This document shows, piece after piece, positions 50,160 to 63,230 of a stretch of DNA of 64,000 bases (positions are counted from its first letter, which is position 1; the number at the start of each line of letters is the position of its first letter). The notes under the pieces are model-generated. The model worked only from the letters and a program-made list of their open reading frames with translations. It was not told the origin of the DNA and searched no databases. Source of the DNA: Centroscyllium fabricii (lineage: Eukaryota); assembly GCA_051313645.2 (NCBI GenBank), contig JBNRSN020000147.1:1178001-1242000 (forward strand), given 5' to 3'. The position numbers were made by a program, and so were the translations under genes.

Positions 50160-50640
50160 AACGTTTTGTGATCTACTGGGATCATTGAAAAGTTTGTGCC
50201 ACTGCAGCCTGGTCCTCCTGACCACATCCCTGTTTGTGTCCTCCTGTGCAATGTGCAACCAGGCTGCGTTGGTCTCCTGGGGAGGTCTATTCCGCCCATT
50301 GGAGGGTAAGAGAACCTCCCTGCATGCTGTGACTCCCTCTATAAGCATATGGAGGGAGTCATGGGAGAGCCTTGGTGCAGCCGTGCACCTCTGTGCAGTG
50401 CTGGTCACTGTCAAAACCAATTTGCACACGATCCCTTTAAGGAAACCAGCTGATGACGCGTCATCAAGTGACGTCATCAGACCCGCTTCCTTCAATTGGT
50501 CAGCAAACGTGCTGGGAAGGCTTAACAAGCCCAATCAACGTAAAATCACCTTGGACAATGGGCTGGAACCAGCGGCGACTTCGGGACCCGCCACCGACCC
50601 CAGCCGCACCAGACTCGCCGAAGTAGAAGAAATCGTGGCC
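50160..50640 (-). pseudogene. Harbinger-type Myb/SANT-like DNA-binding ORF remnant
   Basis: APRLSHDSLHMLIEGV..CREVL..AWLHIA..RT..QW.KLFND pattern; TIR-like aaatcgtggcc end. Confidence 0.7.
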
Positions 50641-50777
50641 TTTGTTTCACTAATTACAATTTAAAATCACAAAACTTTCTGATCATTTCAATAAACATTA
50701 ACCTGCATTGGGAAAGAGGCACCTTTCACTGCAAAAATTATAAGTGGATCAACACACACAATTGCAGAATACAATTA

Positions 50778-51423
50778 CAGGTTGAAGTTCATCAATGCGG
50801 CACTCGAAAAACCGGCAGCTTCAGTTGTTCGGCACAGATTTTCCCGACTGCCAGGCGCATGCGCAGACAATTCAAAATGGCCACCGTCGGGGCTGGGCTT
50901 CCCTTTCACCTAACATATACTCACTGGATCTCGGCTTAGTGACCACCCCAATGCCGATGGTGAATCCCAGGCCCAGAAAATGAGCTGTTGCCGTCTTTCG
51001 TGAGCCGGGCTTGAGCCGCGCATTGGGCCTCAGGCCCGCTGGAGCCATGCAGTCCGCTCCCTGATCCGCAGCAGAATCGATGGCTGCGTGCTGATGTCAC
51101 CGCGTTCCGAAGCTGGCGTGCGGTGGCGTCACATGAGCCGGGCTTGAGCCGCGCATTGGGCCTCAGGCCCGCTGGAGCCGTGCAGCCCGCTCCCTGATCC
51201 ACCATGGGCAGCAGAATCGAGTGCGTCCTGTGAGTTCCACCCGACCCTAGGGGCGAAAATTATCTTCCAGGTACCGGCGGCGCATGCGCAGAGCTTTAAA
51301 AATTTTGCGGTGGCCATTTTGAATGATCTGCGCATGCGCCGCCGAAGCTTCGATCATTCGGTGTTTTCAATAATTTGGCAGGGTGCTGGTCCCGACCCTG
51401 CCGGATTAATGAACTTCAACCTG
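50778..51423. mobile_element. Tc1/pogo (Tigger-like) MITE
   Basis: TIR caggttgaagttcat / atgaacttcaacctg, TA TSD, internal duplication of about 70 bp. Confidence 0.9.
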
Positions 51424-51957
51424 TACAAACAGCAAGTGATCTGAATAGTGCACGATTAAAAAGGTTTAATTTCACAGCTGTGATACAGAACAAAGTTTAA
51501 TATTTACAGAAGAACCAACAAAATTGCAACATCTTGACAACTCATACGGCAATTTTGAAATTTAAAAATCCAGCTGCAACTCCTGAACAATTTCTCAAAA
51601 TTCTCTTTCGATGATGCCCTAAGATAACAGTTAGGAATGTAGTGATGGCAAAACAGATTTAAATACCTTTTTAAAATAGTGCCTCAATGAATCAGCCTCT
51701 GAATTATTCCTTCCATCAGATTGTAGATTCTAGTGATTAAAAATTGTGGTTGGAGGCATGCAATATTTTCAAAACTAGCATCTTAGCACAAGGCTCCCAA
51801 AAAACTGAAATCATGTCTAAGGGGAACTGTTGCTCCCTAATATGAATGTTTTATAATGGACCCGAATGAAAAAAATCCATATTCTTTTCTACTTGCTGTT
51901 ATTGGAATACATTTAAAATGGACATCCCATAAGATTATTATTTTTTACAAAGTGTGA

Positions 51958-52362
51958 TGGGCGGCACGGTGGCACAGTGGATAGCACTGTTGTCTCACAG
52001 CACTGGAGACCCGGGTTCAAATCCAGCTTCGGGTCCTATCTGTGTGGAGTTTGCACATTCTCCCCGTGTCTGCGTGGGTTTCCTCCGGGTGCTCCGGTTT
52101 CCTCCCACAGTCCAAAAATGTGCGGGTTAGGTTGATTGGCCATGATAAATTGACCCTTAGTGTTAGGGGGTTTGAATATGTGGGGTTACGGGGATAGGGT
52201 GGGATATGTGTTGATGGAGGCTTGATAGGGATCGAGGGATATGGGGAGAGGGCAGGGGCAGGGTACTGGGTTTGGATGATCAGCCATGATCTCATTGAAT
52301 GGCGGAGCAGGCTCGAAGGGCCGAATGGCCTACTCCTGCTCCTAGTTTCTATGTTTCTATGT
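51958..52362 (+). mobile_element. HE1-like V-SINE
   Basis: tRNA-like A/B boxes, V domain, CR1-type tail (ctatgttt)n. Confidence 0.92.
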
Positions 52363-52925
52363 TTTTTCCCTTGTAAGGATTGGACTGCTGGTAAACTCAT
52401 GAGCACATACAGCAACCAGTCTCTGCTGTATGAATAATGCATATGGCTTTATAGGAGATCAATAGGCGAGAGCAGAGAATACAATAATCCAACAATTCTT
52501 CTTGAGAAGCACACAGCAGAATATCTCAAGCAAATGTTTCAATAAAAATTTGGCAGTCAACTGTTCAATTAGACACAATGATAGAATGTTCTGGTTTGTT
52601 GGTCCTGGTGCAGATCGGTTTGATTATCCAAACATCTACAACCCTGTCGAATCCTATTCCAAAGTTTGTGGAAATGCTGCACCAAATGATTACTGGGATT
52701 AGCTCCATCATTCCAAAGTTTCCTCCAGGCCAATGACCAGCAACAGAAAGCCCAGAATACAAGAAAAAGATGCAATGGGTTCTGATTGAAGTTCATTTAA
52801 TATCAGAGTTTTAACATTATCTTAAAACAAAATAATATATCTGCGTAGAGTGTGCAATTGTGGTACACCACAATTCCTCATATTCAAGTGTCCTGCGTCT
52901 GGAGTAGGTCTGGTGTTAACTTGGA

Positions 52926-52941
52926 TCATTCATCACTTTCT
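52926..52941 (-). CDS. Putative terminal coding exon of a host gene (..ESDE*), 3' UTR to the left
   Basis: Acceptor ttgtttcttcgtacag; phase matches exon 53124-53187. Confidence 0.5.
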
Positions 52942-53123
52942 CTGTACGAAGAAACAAATATGAATAGGTAGAGCAATGGAAAGAACTGAACTTCAGCATT
53001 GACCAATTTGACCCATATCTGTGGGTATATATTAAAAAGCTTACATCTCTGCACACTTTATAAATACTTATGGCTAAAATTAGAATGAAAACTGCTTATG
53101 TAAAAATGTCACCATGTACTTAC

Positions 53124-53187
53124 ACTCTTCTGCTGGTGGTGGCACTGTAGTGCCTCAGTTTTGCACCTTTCAGTTCCTCAGTCCGTA
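53124..53187 (-). CDS. Putative penultimate host exon (RTEELKGAKLRHYSATTSRRV)
   Basis: tctctttag acceptor, gtaagt donor, phase 1-2, open frame. Confidence 0.55.
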
Positions 53188-54185
53188 CTAAAGAGATACT
53201 CTGCCAATCTAACCAACTCTATTTATCTGCTTCCCAACCTGTCGGAAGTTTTGCTATTTAACTATAAACAATACAAAATGAAGACAGAATGGGGACTGAA
53301 TTATGTCTGTGCACCTTGGATGAATTATACCCTGTCCTCTAATCCTACTTTACCTGACATCTACACTTGCACCCGACATGAGCAATGCTATGGGAGATTG
53401 ATAATTACTTATAATTATAAATGCAAAATATAGTTTTTTAATATTACGACAAAATTCAATCCAACACTATACTGTAGAAGAGATTGAATGAATCAATCTG
53501 TGATGTGTTCTAGCTTCTGTGTCATGACTGGTATGGGTAACAGTTGTTCAACTAGGTTGAACTCATTGGAGGCTAATGCTACAATTTTTCTGTTATAATG
53601 TAGTTAGTCTGTGCTCTCCAGATGACAAGTGGCATTTAATTTATTTGTGCACTGTCCAAACACTTGGATAATTTGAAGGTACTGTTGTCTGCTTTCAAAT
53701 GTCTTTTATCAAAAAGAACAGATACAGAATTGGAAATCTCAAAATGTAACCTCCTCTCTCACATTTTTATGTTTATTGAATATGAGGAAATAATTTCCCT
53801 GTTTTAAATTGTTGTGATGCAAGCCAGTCATCCTGACTTAGCCTTTGCAGAAAACTTGCTCCATTAGAAGTTTTAAAACAGTACTCTGATCTGAGACCTG
53901 TACAGTCTTGGGGCCACAAATGACAGAATTTGATTTATGGTCATTAAAATTATAAACAATTGATAAAATGTGTCTTGGGTGAGATGTGAAAAGATGACCT
54001 ATAAAGGGAGCCGGAGGCACGGCTGTGATTCTGTATGTTTTAACAAAAATTAACATATGAATGTAGTAACTTGTAAAAAAATAACATGGGTTTGAAATAA
54101 GCAGCAATACAGTTGACACTGTTCAAATTACAATTAAAATCATCCCTGATACTGATCCATCAATATATAAAAAATCTTATATCCT

Positions 54186-54550
54186 CCAGCGATGCCCCCC
54201 TCAGTGATTCCTCCCTCAGTGATTCCTTCCTCAGCAATTCCCCCCTCAGCGATTTCCCCCCCTTAGCGATTCTCCCCCAGCAATTCCTCCCTCAGCGATT
54301 CCTCCCCCAGCGATTGCTTCCCCAGCAATTCCTCCCTTAGCGATTCCTCCCCCAGCGATTCCTCCCTCAGCGAGTCCTCCATCAGCGATTCCTCCATCAG
54401 CAATTCCTCCCTCAGCGATTCCTCCCCCAGCGATTGCTTCCCCAGCAATTCCTCCCTTAGCGATTCCTCCCCCAGCGATTCCTCCCCCAGCGATTCCTCC
54501 CTCAGCGATTTCCCCCCCACAGCGATTCCTCCCTCAGCGATTCCTCCCCA
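54186..54550. repeat. 15-bp minisatellite (cagcgattcctcccc)n, about 24 copies
   Basis: Direct inspection. Confidence 0.95.
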
Positions 54551-55446
54551 CAATGGGCCAAGCTCCAATAGGCTGAGAGTGTGTGAGAGGACCCTGATTC
54601 GCAGGTATTAATGAGATGCCCACTGTGCCGGCCTATCTGCAGGACCAATTGGAGCGGTAAGTTTAAAAAAAACATATGAACAATGTAATTCCTGTTTTGT
54701 AAAGGAGCAGAAACAGCAGGGATAATGATACTGTTAAAGGAAAACATATGTATTCAGTTGTGCACAATGCAAATTTATCAAAGAAGAAATGTCATTATAT
54801 CTCAGATTGTCTCCTCATGTATGACCCTCAGAATTGTTTCTCAGTGAGAATATTAAATGCCAATGTGCTATTGTGGCTCTGCATTTACCTGGTCAACTAG
54901 CTTTAAATATACTGGCAGAATTCCATAACCTGGTTATTCAAGAGCCTCACTCATGTTCTAACTCAGTGTCTTATTCTGATCAAATCATTGTGCATATTGT
55001 GCATTGCAGTTTGGTGTAAGAATATATCAGTGGAGTTCTCAGAAGAAAATTTAATTCATTTCTGAAATTGAGCAGATATTTATCTCGTCTCAATATGATG
55101 GCACCTTTGACAATGCATGTTCCAATCAATACTGCACTCAAATTTGGAGTAGCACCATATCATTAAGAGGATGGTATAGTGAGTGCAGGAAAAACCCACT
55201 GATCAGGGGCATTTTATCATCTTTGCCTCTAAGTTTATTAAGGAATGCAGTCTTAAATGAAAATCGTTGGTCTTTTGGGGTCAATTAGCTCCTGCTAACT
55301 GTAACGCTCTCCTGCATGTCTCACCTCCAATAAATGATGACATTATTTTATTAGGTCAGATACTTTACCCAACTGATTATCTTCTTTATTGATCCCAGCT
55401 TCTGTTCCTTCCTTATTGATCCTTTGCAACTCACCTTCTTACTTAC

Positions 55447-55515
55447 TTTGATCCTCTTCAGGTTGCTTTCTTTTCTCAGTATTGCTTTGTTCTCCTGTGG
55501 AGGTTTGCTGTGAAT
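55447..55515 (-). CDS. Putative duplicated host exon Y' (69 nt, phase 1-1)
   Basis: tttttgtgttcatgtag acceptor; DSQQTSTGEQSNTEKRKQPEEDQ; A|gtaagt donor. Confidence 0.5.
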
Positions 55516-55641
55516 CTACATGAACACAAAAAAACACTGTAAATATTGTAACAGACCAGAAGTGGCAGTGATAATGCTTTTGGCCAATACTGAAAGAATA
55601 CACAGTTGAGCACAATGCAGCTGCATCCAAGGAGAGATAAT

Positions 55642-56381
55642 AGCCCGTATTTTCCAATTACAGGCCTCCCGCAGACGGAGGCCTGCAATCTGGAAAAATC
55701 TGCGTCCTTACCTGCGGGCTCCCGGGAGGCGCACAGTTCCAGTACTAGATCTCTCCAAACACCATGTGCGCAGAGCCCACGTATCCCAGGGGCGCAGGTT
55801 GTTCGCAGCGTCCCTGGGATCACGTGGGCCATGGGGAGCCAATCAAAGAAGGGAATCTCCTTCATACATTTGTCAGGAAGACCTGTCAAATATACGAATG
55901 GAGATCACCCCCAAAACATAGAAAAACTTCAAATAAATTTATTTTAAAAAGCATCACATTTTTTAAATGGCTTGAATGTACAATAAATTAACAATTTTAA
56001 ACAAAACTTTAAAGTTTTTTAGGCGGCTAAAAATAAACTTACCTTTCTTTTAAAAGTATTTTTAAATGATAAATCAGAGGAAATGTAAAAAAAAACTTTT
56101 TTCAATTCTTATCCTGGTAAAAGCAGGCCTTACGTCAGCTTTTTCCAGGCGCAAGAATTGTAACGGATTTCTGCGGGCGGAGGGTCTCCAAAATGTGGAA
56201 CTCTCCGCCCGCAGAGGACCTTCTCCCGGGCAGCTGGAGGATCTGTCAAGTGCTTTCTTGAAAGATTGGAAATGCTGGTTTCCAGCACATGCATTGTGCA
56301 TGCCTAAAACTAGCATTTCCGAAGTTCCTACAGGTGGGTACAAAGTGCGTAACCACCTGTAGGGATCGGAATATCCGGCCC
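55642..56381. mobile_element. Harbinger-like MITE
   Basis: AAT TSD; absent at the paralogous site near 58533. Confidence 0.85.
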
Positions 56382-56967
56382 AATAGAATTGCTCAAATTG
56401 ACGCCACATTAAAGACCTTTAGAACAATGCAGAATTGTTGCTCACTGTGAATATTAACTGCTACTAGGCTCATCTCGCTGCCCTGAATTTAACTCAGTCA
56501 ACTCGCTTCAAATAATAGAGGTGAAATCCACAACTTGGTTATTCAAGTGCCCCAGTCATATACCAGCACAACATTTTATTGTGGTCCAATCATTGGACAA
56601 ATACTGTCCTTGATGTAAGGATATATCAGTGGCGTTTTCAGAAGAAAATGTCATCAATTTGCGAGTTTGAGAAAAGAAGAGCTTCATCTCGTCTGAATAT
56701 GATGGCGACGTGATGGTGCAAACTGCCATTGTACTGGGGTGTCAGTCGAGATATTTGCTCAAGTCCTGGAATGGGACTTCAACACACGACCTGCTGACTC
56801 AGAAGCAAGAGTGCTGAATGATGCAGCTAATACTCCAGGAATTTTTGAAGTCACAATGTGCAGACTTCAAAACATGGACTATAAACAATTCTGCTTTTCA
56901 TTTTCAATAATAGATAAGGCATTTCAAAATAAATATTGCCTGCATTGTTGGTTGGACATGTTGTCTT

Positions 56968-57056
56968 TTATTGTTTTGCAGTATTGTCAGCAGCAGGGTT
57001 ACTTTGAGCACCCTTATTGCCATCATCTGTTTCTTTTGTTTGCTTTGCATTCAAAG
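56968..57056 (-). CDS. Candidate duplicated exon X' (ALNAKQTKETDDGNKGAQ..)
   Basis: tttcctttgtttgagtgcag acceptor; weak donor or read-through to TAA; identical copy at 63691-63779. Confidence 0.3.
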
Positions 57057-57093
57057 CTGCACTCAAACAAAGGAAATAAATTTCAGCCATAAC

Positions 57094-57767
57094 GGCCCAG
57101 AAATTCGGGGCCCAACGTGTGAGTACGGACGATGAACTCACGCGTGGGCCCATCGGAATTGCCGGTTTCCGGCATGCACGCAAAACCGGCAATTCCGATC
57201 CAGGGACAGAAGGGGTCAGATGTGCGAGCGCGTTCGCGTGCACGCCAGGGAGTGCACAATGCACTTCCGATTTTTTTCCAGGTTTGTATCAGGGTAATTA
57301 TTTGAAATATTTACGGCTGATATTTTCAAGTGCAAGGAGTGGATTTCATCAGGTAAGTCTTCATTTTATTCAATTTAAACATTATTTTCCACAGGTTTTT
57401 CATTTTTAAATAATTTAAAGAAAGGTAAGTTGTTTGTAGACCCGTTAAATACTTCAATTATTTTTTACAAAATTTTTATTATTTGTTTAAAATAGCTAAT
57501 TTATGTGATTGATAGTAATTTAAAAAAATGTGATGGTTTTTTCAAATTTATTTTAAGGTTTAGTGTGGTTTTGGGGCTGTAGTATTCATAAGTTTGACAG
57601 ACCTTTCTGTTCAACTCATGAGTGGAGCATTCTTTGCTCCGATTGGCTCCCCGCGGACCATGTGATCCTGCGCTGAGCCTCGCACTAACTCCGACGTTCA
57701 GTTGCATCCGTAAGTGCACTTTGGAGGCTTGTACACGCGGCAAGCCTCCAACCCTAATTTCTGGCCC
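57094..57767. mobile_element. Harbinger-like MITE (intact 674-bp copy)
   Basis: ggcccagaaatt / aatttctggccc termini, flanks aac/aat; duplicated copy starts at 63817. Confidence 0.85.
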
Positions 57768-58240
57768 AATATTTTCAACGCTTTCTGAGATAAGAACCCT
57801 GAACACATTCAGACAATCAGAATTTTTGCACCTGAATTCCTGTAGTGCTGCTACACCAAAGGGAAAGCAGAAAAGCGAACCCTAAATATCACCTGAACAG
57901 ACAAGTCCAGATCCTGTCCTAAATGCCAGGCACAGGTCATTTACATTGGTGGGCCAGCCCACTGGAAGCTTCAAGGGTGCATGAGCGACACCCACTCAGA
58001 CATCGACACTCAACTTTAAAGTGGCACCATGTCACTCAGAGGATGGAATAATGAGTACAGGAAGAACCCACTGATCAGGGTCATTTCTATCATCTTTGCC
58101 TCTCGGTTCATTAAGGAATGCAATCTTAAAAGAAAATGGTTGGCCTTTGGGATCAATTAGCTTCTGCTAACTGTAACGCTCTCCTGCATGTCTCACCTCC
58201 AATAAATGATGACATTATTTTATTAGGTCAGATACTTTAC

Positions 58241-58387
58241 CCAACTGATTATCTTCTTTCTTGATCCCAGCTTTAGTTCCTTGCTTATTGATCCTTTGCA
58301 ACTCCCCTTCTTCTTTACTTTGATCCTCTTCAGCTTGCTTTATTTTCTCAGTATTGCTTTGTTCTCCTGTGGAGGTTTGCTGTGATT
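58241..58387 (-). CDS. Putative duplicated host exon Y (147 nt, phase 1-1)
   Basis: ttcatgtag acceptor; open 48-codon E/K/Q-rich frame; G|gtaaag donor. Confidence 0.5.
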
Positions 58388-59412
58388 CTACATGAACACA
58401 TAAAAACACTGTAAACCACGTAACCCTTAGTCTAATGGACCAAAAACTGCAGTGATAATGCTTTTGGCCAATACTGAAAGAATACACAGACATTCGGTTG
58501 AGAACAATGCAACTGCATCCAAGGAGAGATGATATAATTGCTCAGATTGATGCCATATTGAAGACCTTTAGAATAATGCAGAATTGTTGCTCTCTGTGAA
58601 TATTAACTGCTAGGAGGCTTATCTCGCTGCCCTGAATGTACCTCAGTCAACCAGCTTCAAATAATCGAGGTGAAATCCACAACTTGGTTATTCAAGTGCC
58701 CCAGTCATGTACCAGCACAAAATTTTATTGTGGTCCAATCATTGGACAAATACTGTACTTTGATGTAAGGATATATCAGTGGAGTTTTCAGAAGAAAATG
58801 TCATCAATTTGCGAATTTGAGAAAAGAAGAGCTTCATCTCATCTGAATATGATGGCGACGTGATGGTGCAAACTTCCATTGTACTGGGGTGTCAGTTGAG
58901 ATATTTGCCCAAGTCCTGGAATGGGACTTCAACACACGACCTGCTGACTCAGAAGCAAGAGTGCTGAATGATGCAGCTAATACTCCAGGAATTTTTGAAG
59001 TCACAATGTGCAGACTTCAAAACCTGGACAATAAACTGTGGCGACACGCCCACCAAGACCATCGAATCCGCCTCGGTAGTACTGCGAGACACGGCCCCGC
59101 CCGCCGGGCGGCGTGACGACGTCACCGCGACTTCCGGCGTGATGACGTCACCGGGGCTTCGGGCAGTGACGTCACCAACCGCGGGCCCTTTAAATATGCT
59201 GGTTCCAGGTGGCTCAGCCTCTTCGCTACCTGGCCATTGCTGTGTTAACAATTAAATGAGTGTTATCCGAATTCACTGTGTCCAGCGTGGTTCTTCAGGC
59301 CTGCATGCACTACAGTGGTGACCTCGATACTTGGAACGATTTCCAAGGGAACATAATGAAGCAGTTGCTGCAGGACTGAGGGCCAAGCTGCCTCAGTACA
59401 CTCCCAACCAAC

Positions 59413-60147
59413 ATGCCAGCAGGGAGCCAAACAGCGCGACTCCACAGACTGGGCCAGAACTACGGCCAAATACCAAACTTGCCAGAGTTCTGGGAACTAC
59501 GTCCAGCGGCCTGGTTCCTCAGCACGGAGAACACCTACCGCATCCATGGCGTACAGGGGGACGATCGATACAGCCTGCTCTTCGTGGCCCTTTCACAGAC
59601 CACGGTCGACCGAATGTGGTCATCGATACAGCACGAACCAACCGCTGGCAGGTACGAATTCCTTAAGGCCGCGCTGCTAAAGAAATTCACCCCCTCCCAA
59701 TTCGAGCGCGACTGCCAGCTCATTAACCTCCCCGAACTCGGGGACGCAGACCCATCCGACCTCTGGGCCCAAATGGAAGCGCTCAATTGCGACCCAGCCA
59801 CCATTAAGCGCGCCTTGTTCCTCCTCAAACTGCCTCCCTCTGTCAGACCGGCTCTGACGATCCTCGACCACTACACTAAAGAGCAACTGGCTGAGGAGGC
59901 CGACAAGCTGATGAGGGCCGAGCGCACCCGAGCCGCCACGTGCGAACCCACTGCCGCGCCACCGGAGCACTACTATGCGCACCCCAGGTCCGGCCCCAAG
60001 TCCGACCCCAGGCCAGTGCGTACCCGCAAAAAGCCACGCACAACAGGCCCCGGCTGGTGCTACTACCACACCAGGTTTGAAGCTAAAGCTGCGTCCAGCC
60101 CTGCACCTTCAAACTCCAAACCAGCTCAAGCCCCACCATGTCCGTAG
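59413..60147 (+). CDS. Gypsy-E gag
   Basis: LPEFW..RPAAWF motif; CYYH knuckle start. Confidence 0.88.
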   Translation: MPAGSQTARLHRLGQNYGQIPNLPEFWELRPAAWFLSTENTYRIHGVQGDDRYSLLFVALSQTTVDRMWSSIQHEPTAGRYEFLKAALLKKFTPSQFERDCQLINLPELGDADPSDLWAQMEALNCDPATIKRALFLLKLPPSVRPALTILDHYTKEQLAEEADKLMRAERTRAATCEPTAAPPEHYYAHPRSGPKSDPRPVRTRKKPRTTGPGWCYYHTRFEAKAASSPAPSNSKPAQAPPCP

Positions 60148-63100
60148 GCCGCTCCGGAGCACTGCTCTTCGTCACGGACAGCGGCTCAGGCCTCCGCTTC
60201 CTCTGCGACACAGGCGCGCAGCACAGCATTGTGCCAGCCTCCCCCGCAGATACCAAGCAAGGCACCCAAGGCCCACCACTGGAAGCCGCAAACGGCTCCG
60301 AGATAGTTACGTTCGGCACCCGCCAGCTTACCATCAAGCTAGCAGGCCACACGTACCAGTGGGACTTCATCACAGCCCAAGTCAAAATACCCCTACTCGG
60401 GGCTGACTTTCTGTGCGTCCACGGCCTCCTGGTCGACATAACCCGGCGCCGCCTGGTCGACATCCATAACATGTCGACCATCCCATGCTCCACAGGGCCG
60501 GCACACCAGGCCCACGCAGCGTCCCACTGCCGAGCCCGGAACTCCAACACGTATGGCACGCTCCTCGCGGAGTTCCCAGCCCTCACCAACCCCACCTTCA
60601 CAGCCCGTACGGCCAAGCACGGGGTGGAGCACCACATCACCACCACAGGCCCCCCAGTCCATGCCCACGCACGCAGGCTGGATCCGGCCAAGCTGGAGAT
60701 CGCGCATGCCGAGTTCCACATCATGGAACAACTCGGCATAATCCGCCGCTCCAGCAGCCCCTGGGCCTCTCCCCTCCACATCGCCCCCAAACCCGGCGGT
60801 GGCTGGCGCCCCTGCGGAGACTACCGCCGCCTCAACAACACCACCACCCCAGACAGGTACCCCGTCCCCCACATCCAAGACTTCTCAGCAAGGCTAGCCG
60901 GCTGCACGATCTTTTCAAAGATCGACCTGGTACGGGGCTACCACCAGGTACCAGTGCACCCGGCGGACGTCCCTAAGACAGCCGTCATTACCCCTTTCGG
61001 CCTTTTCGAGTTCCTCCGAATGCCGTTCAGACTCAAAAACGCAGCCCAGGCCTTCCAACGCCTCATGGACTCAGTCCTACAGGACTTGCAGTTCATGTTC
61101 GTCTACCTGGACGACATCCTCGTGGCCAGCACCTCCCCCCAGGAACACCTCCTCCATCTCAGGACCCTGTTCAAACGCCTGGTCGAACACGGCCTTATAT
61201 TAAGCCCCTCCAAATGTCGATTCGGCCTCGAGACGATCGACTTCCTCGGCCACCGCATTTCCCAGACCGGGGCCATACCCCTGCCCTCCAAGGTGCAGGC
61301 GGTCCAGGAATTCCCCCGCCCGCACTCCATCAAGGGGCTGCAGGAATTCCTTGGGATGGTTAACTTTTATAACCGCTTCATCCCAGGAGCAGCCGCTCTC
61401 ATGGCCCCCCTCTATCAGGCCACCCGCGGGCAGTCCAACAAGGCTGCGGTCGAGTGGACGGCCGAAGCCACCACCGCCTTCACCGCAACCAAAACCGCCC
61501 TGGCCAACGCCACGCTCCTCACCCACCCTAGGCCCAACGCCAGAGTAGCCCTCACCACCGACGCCTCCGACTGCGCCGTCGGAGCAGTCTACGAGCAGTG
61601 GACAGGCAACTCCTGGCAACCCCTGGCCTTTTTTAGCCGACAACTCCGGCCCCCGGAGGTCAAGTACAGCGCCTTCGATAGGGAGCTACTCGCTCTCTAC
61701 CTTGCGGTGCGCCACTTCCGCTTCCTCCTAGAGGGCCGCCACTTTACAGCCTTCGTCGATCACAAGCCACTTGTGTCTGCAATGGCTAAGAGCGCCGAAC
61801 CCTGGTCTGCCAGGCAGCAGTGCCAGCTCACGGCTGTGTTGGAGTTTACCACCGACATTCAGCACATCGCCGGCCACGACAACGTGGTTGCTGACTGCCT
61901 GTCACGTCCCACCATCAACTCTGTACAAACGGCCGTCGACTACGCTAAACTGGCGGGCGACCAACTGACTGACCCCGATCTGCTCGACCCAGCTACCAAC
62001 CTCCCCGGCCTGCTCTTGGCCACCGTAGCACACGGGCCCACAGCCACGGCGGTCCGCTGCGACGTCTCCCTCCCGCAGCCCAGACCCGTCGTCCCCCACG
62101 CATGGAGGCGACACATCTTCCAGACCCTCCATGACCTGTCCCACCCCGGCGTCCGCGCGTCCACCAAGCTGATCTCTGCGCGTTTCATTTGGCGCGGCCT
62201 GCGCAAGGATGTCCGCGCCTGGACCAACACCTGCAATGCCTACCAGCGCGCCAAGGTGCACAAGCACATCAAGGCGCCACTAGAAACGATCGCCATCCCA
62301 GCTAGACGCTTCAGCCACGTCCATATCGACCTGGTCGGACCACTACCGCCATCATGGGGACATACACATGTCATGACAATGGTCGACCGCAGCACTCGCT
62401 GGCCAGAAGCGGTCCCCCTCACCGCTACCACCACCGCGGACCTGGCCAGGGCCTTCATCGCCACCTGGGTCGCACGTTTCGGTGTTCCCACTGACATCAC
62501 GTCGGACAGGGGCCCCCAATTTACCCCAACCCTATGGGCAACCATCGCCCACGACCTCGGGGCAACCCTGCACCGAACCACCGCCTACCACCCACAGGCC
62601 AATGGCCTCTGCGAACGGTTCCACCGCTCCATCAAAGCTTCCCTGCGGGCCAGCCTTAAGGACGCTATCTGGACCGACCGCCTGCCCTGGGTAATGCTCG
62701 GCCTACGTTCAGCGGCCAAGGAAGACCTGCACGCCTCAGCGGCGGAACTTGTCTATGGCCAACCCCTAACCGTACCAGGCGAGTTCGTCGCGGAAACCAA
62801 CGCCCCCTGGTCAGCCGACCGCTGCCTCAAGGAGTTTAATAATCAGGCAGGGGCGTTCAAACCACTCCCGGTGGCCCGGCACGGAGAGCCGGCAGCATGT
62901 GTTCCAGATGGCATCAAGAACGGCAAGTATGTGTTTGTCCGCCACGACGCACATCGAACACCACTACAGCCACCGTACGACGGACCGTACAGAGTGCTTC
63001 GGGCGGGACCTAAGACGTTCCAAATCAAAATGGGCAACAGAACTGAGACTGTCTCGATCGACCGGCTCAAACCGGCACATGTAATGGCGGGCGAGACAAC

Positions 63101-63230
63101 AGTCCCCGCGCAGCCACCAAAACGCAGATGCCCTACTGCACCAAAGCCCACCCACACTCCCACGCAGAACAAGGAGCAGCGCACGACACGTGCCGGCCGC
63201 ATCATCCGGCCACCTCAACGCCTCGCCTGA
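60138..63230 (+). CDS. Gypsy-E pol (PR, RT, RNase H, IN), open 1030 aa
   Basis: LCDTGA, YLDD, TDAS, HPG, HIDLVG, SDRG, GLCER, GPY motif. Confidence 0.95.
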   Translation: MSVGRSGALLFVTDSGSGLRFLCDTGAQHSIVPASPADTKQGTQGPPLEAANGSEIVTFGTRQLTIKLAGHTYQWDFITAQVKIPLLGADFLCVHGLLVDITRRRLVDIHNMSTIPCSTGPAHQAHAASHCRARNSNTYGTLLAEFPALTNPTFTARTAKHGVEHHITTTGPPVHAHARRLDPAKLEIAHAEFHIMEQLGIIRRSSSPWASPLHIAPKPGGGWRPCGDYRRLNNTTTPDRYPVPHIQDFSARLAGCTIFSKIDLVRGYHQVPVHPADVPKTAVITPFGLFEFLRMPFRLKNAAQAFQRLMDSVLQDLQFMFVYLDDILVASTSPQEHLLHLRTLFKRLVEHGLILSPSKCRFGLETIDFLGHRISQTGAIPLPSKVQAVQEFPRPHSIKGLQEFLGMVNFYNRFIPGAAALMAPLYQATRGQSNKAAVEWTAEATTAFTATKTALANATLLTHPRPNARVALTTDASDCAVGAVYEQWTGNSWQPLAFFSRQLRPPEVKYSAFDRELLALYLAVRHFRFLLEGRHFTAFVDHKPLVSAMAKSAEPWSARQQCQLTAVLEFTTDIQHIAGHDNVVADCLSRPTINSVQTAVDYAKLAGDQLTDPDLLDPATNLPGLLLATVAHGPTATAVRCDVSLPQPRPVVPHAWRRHIFQTLHDLSHPGVRASTKLISARFIWRGLRKDVRAWTNTCNAYQRAKVHKHIKAPLETIAIPARRFSHVHIDLVGPLPPSWGHTHVMTMVDRSTRWPEAVPLTATTTADLARAFIATWVARFGVPTDITSDRGPQFTPTLWATIAHDLGATLHRTTAYHPQANGLCERFHRSIKASLRASLKDAIWTDRLPWVMLGLRSAAKEDLHASAAELVYGQPLTVPGEFVAETNAPWSADRCLKEFNNQAGAFKPLPVARHGEPAACVPDGIKNGKYVFVRHDAHRTPLQPPYDGPYRVLRAGPKTFQIKMGNRTETVSIDRLKPAHVMAGETTVPAQPPKRRCPTAPKPTHTPTQNKEQRTTRAGRIIRPPQRLA

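Noticed and set aside
52502-52796. Short ORFs in unique sequence
   Set aside because: No recognisable motif; more simply the 3' UTR downstream of the stop at 52926.
53835-53896. Extra host exon (VSDQSTVLKLLMEQVFCK)
   Set aside because: Weak acceptor, no canonical donor, phase incompatible with neighbouring exons.
54113-54568. (EESLR)n / (SDSSL)n repeat proteins
   Set aside because: By-products of a 15-bp minisatellite; no splice or start context.
60083-63218. Long antisense ORFs over LTR-element pol regions
   Set aside because: Expected shadows of GC-rich coding sequence; no independent motifs.
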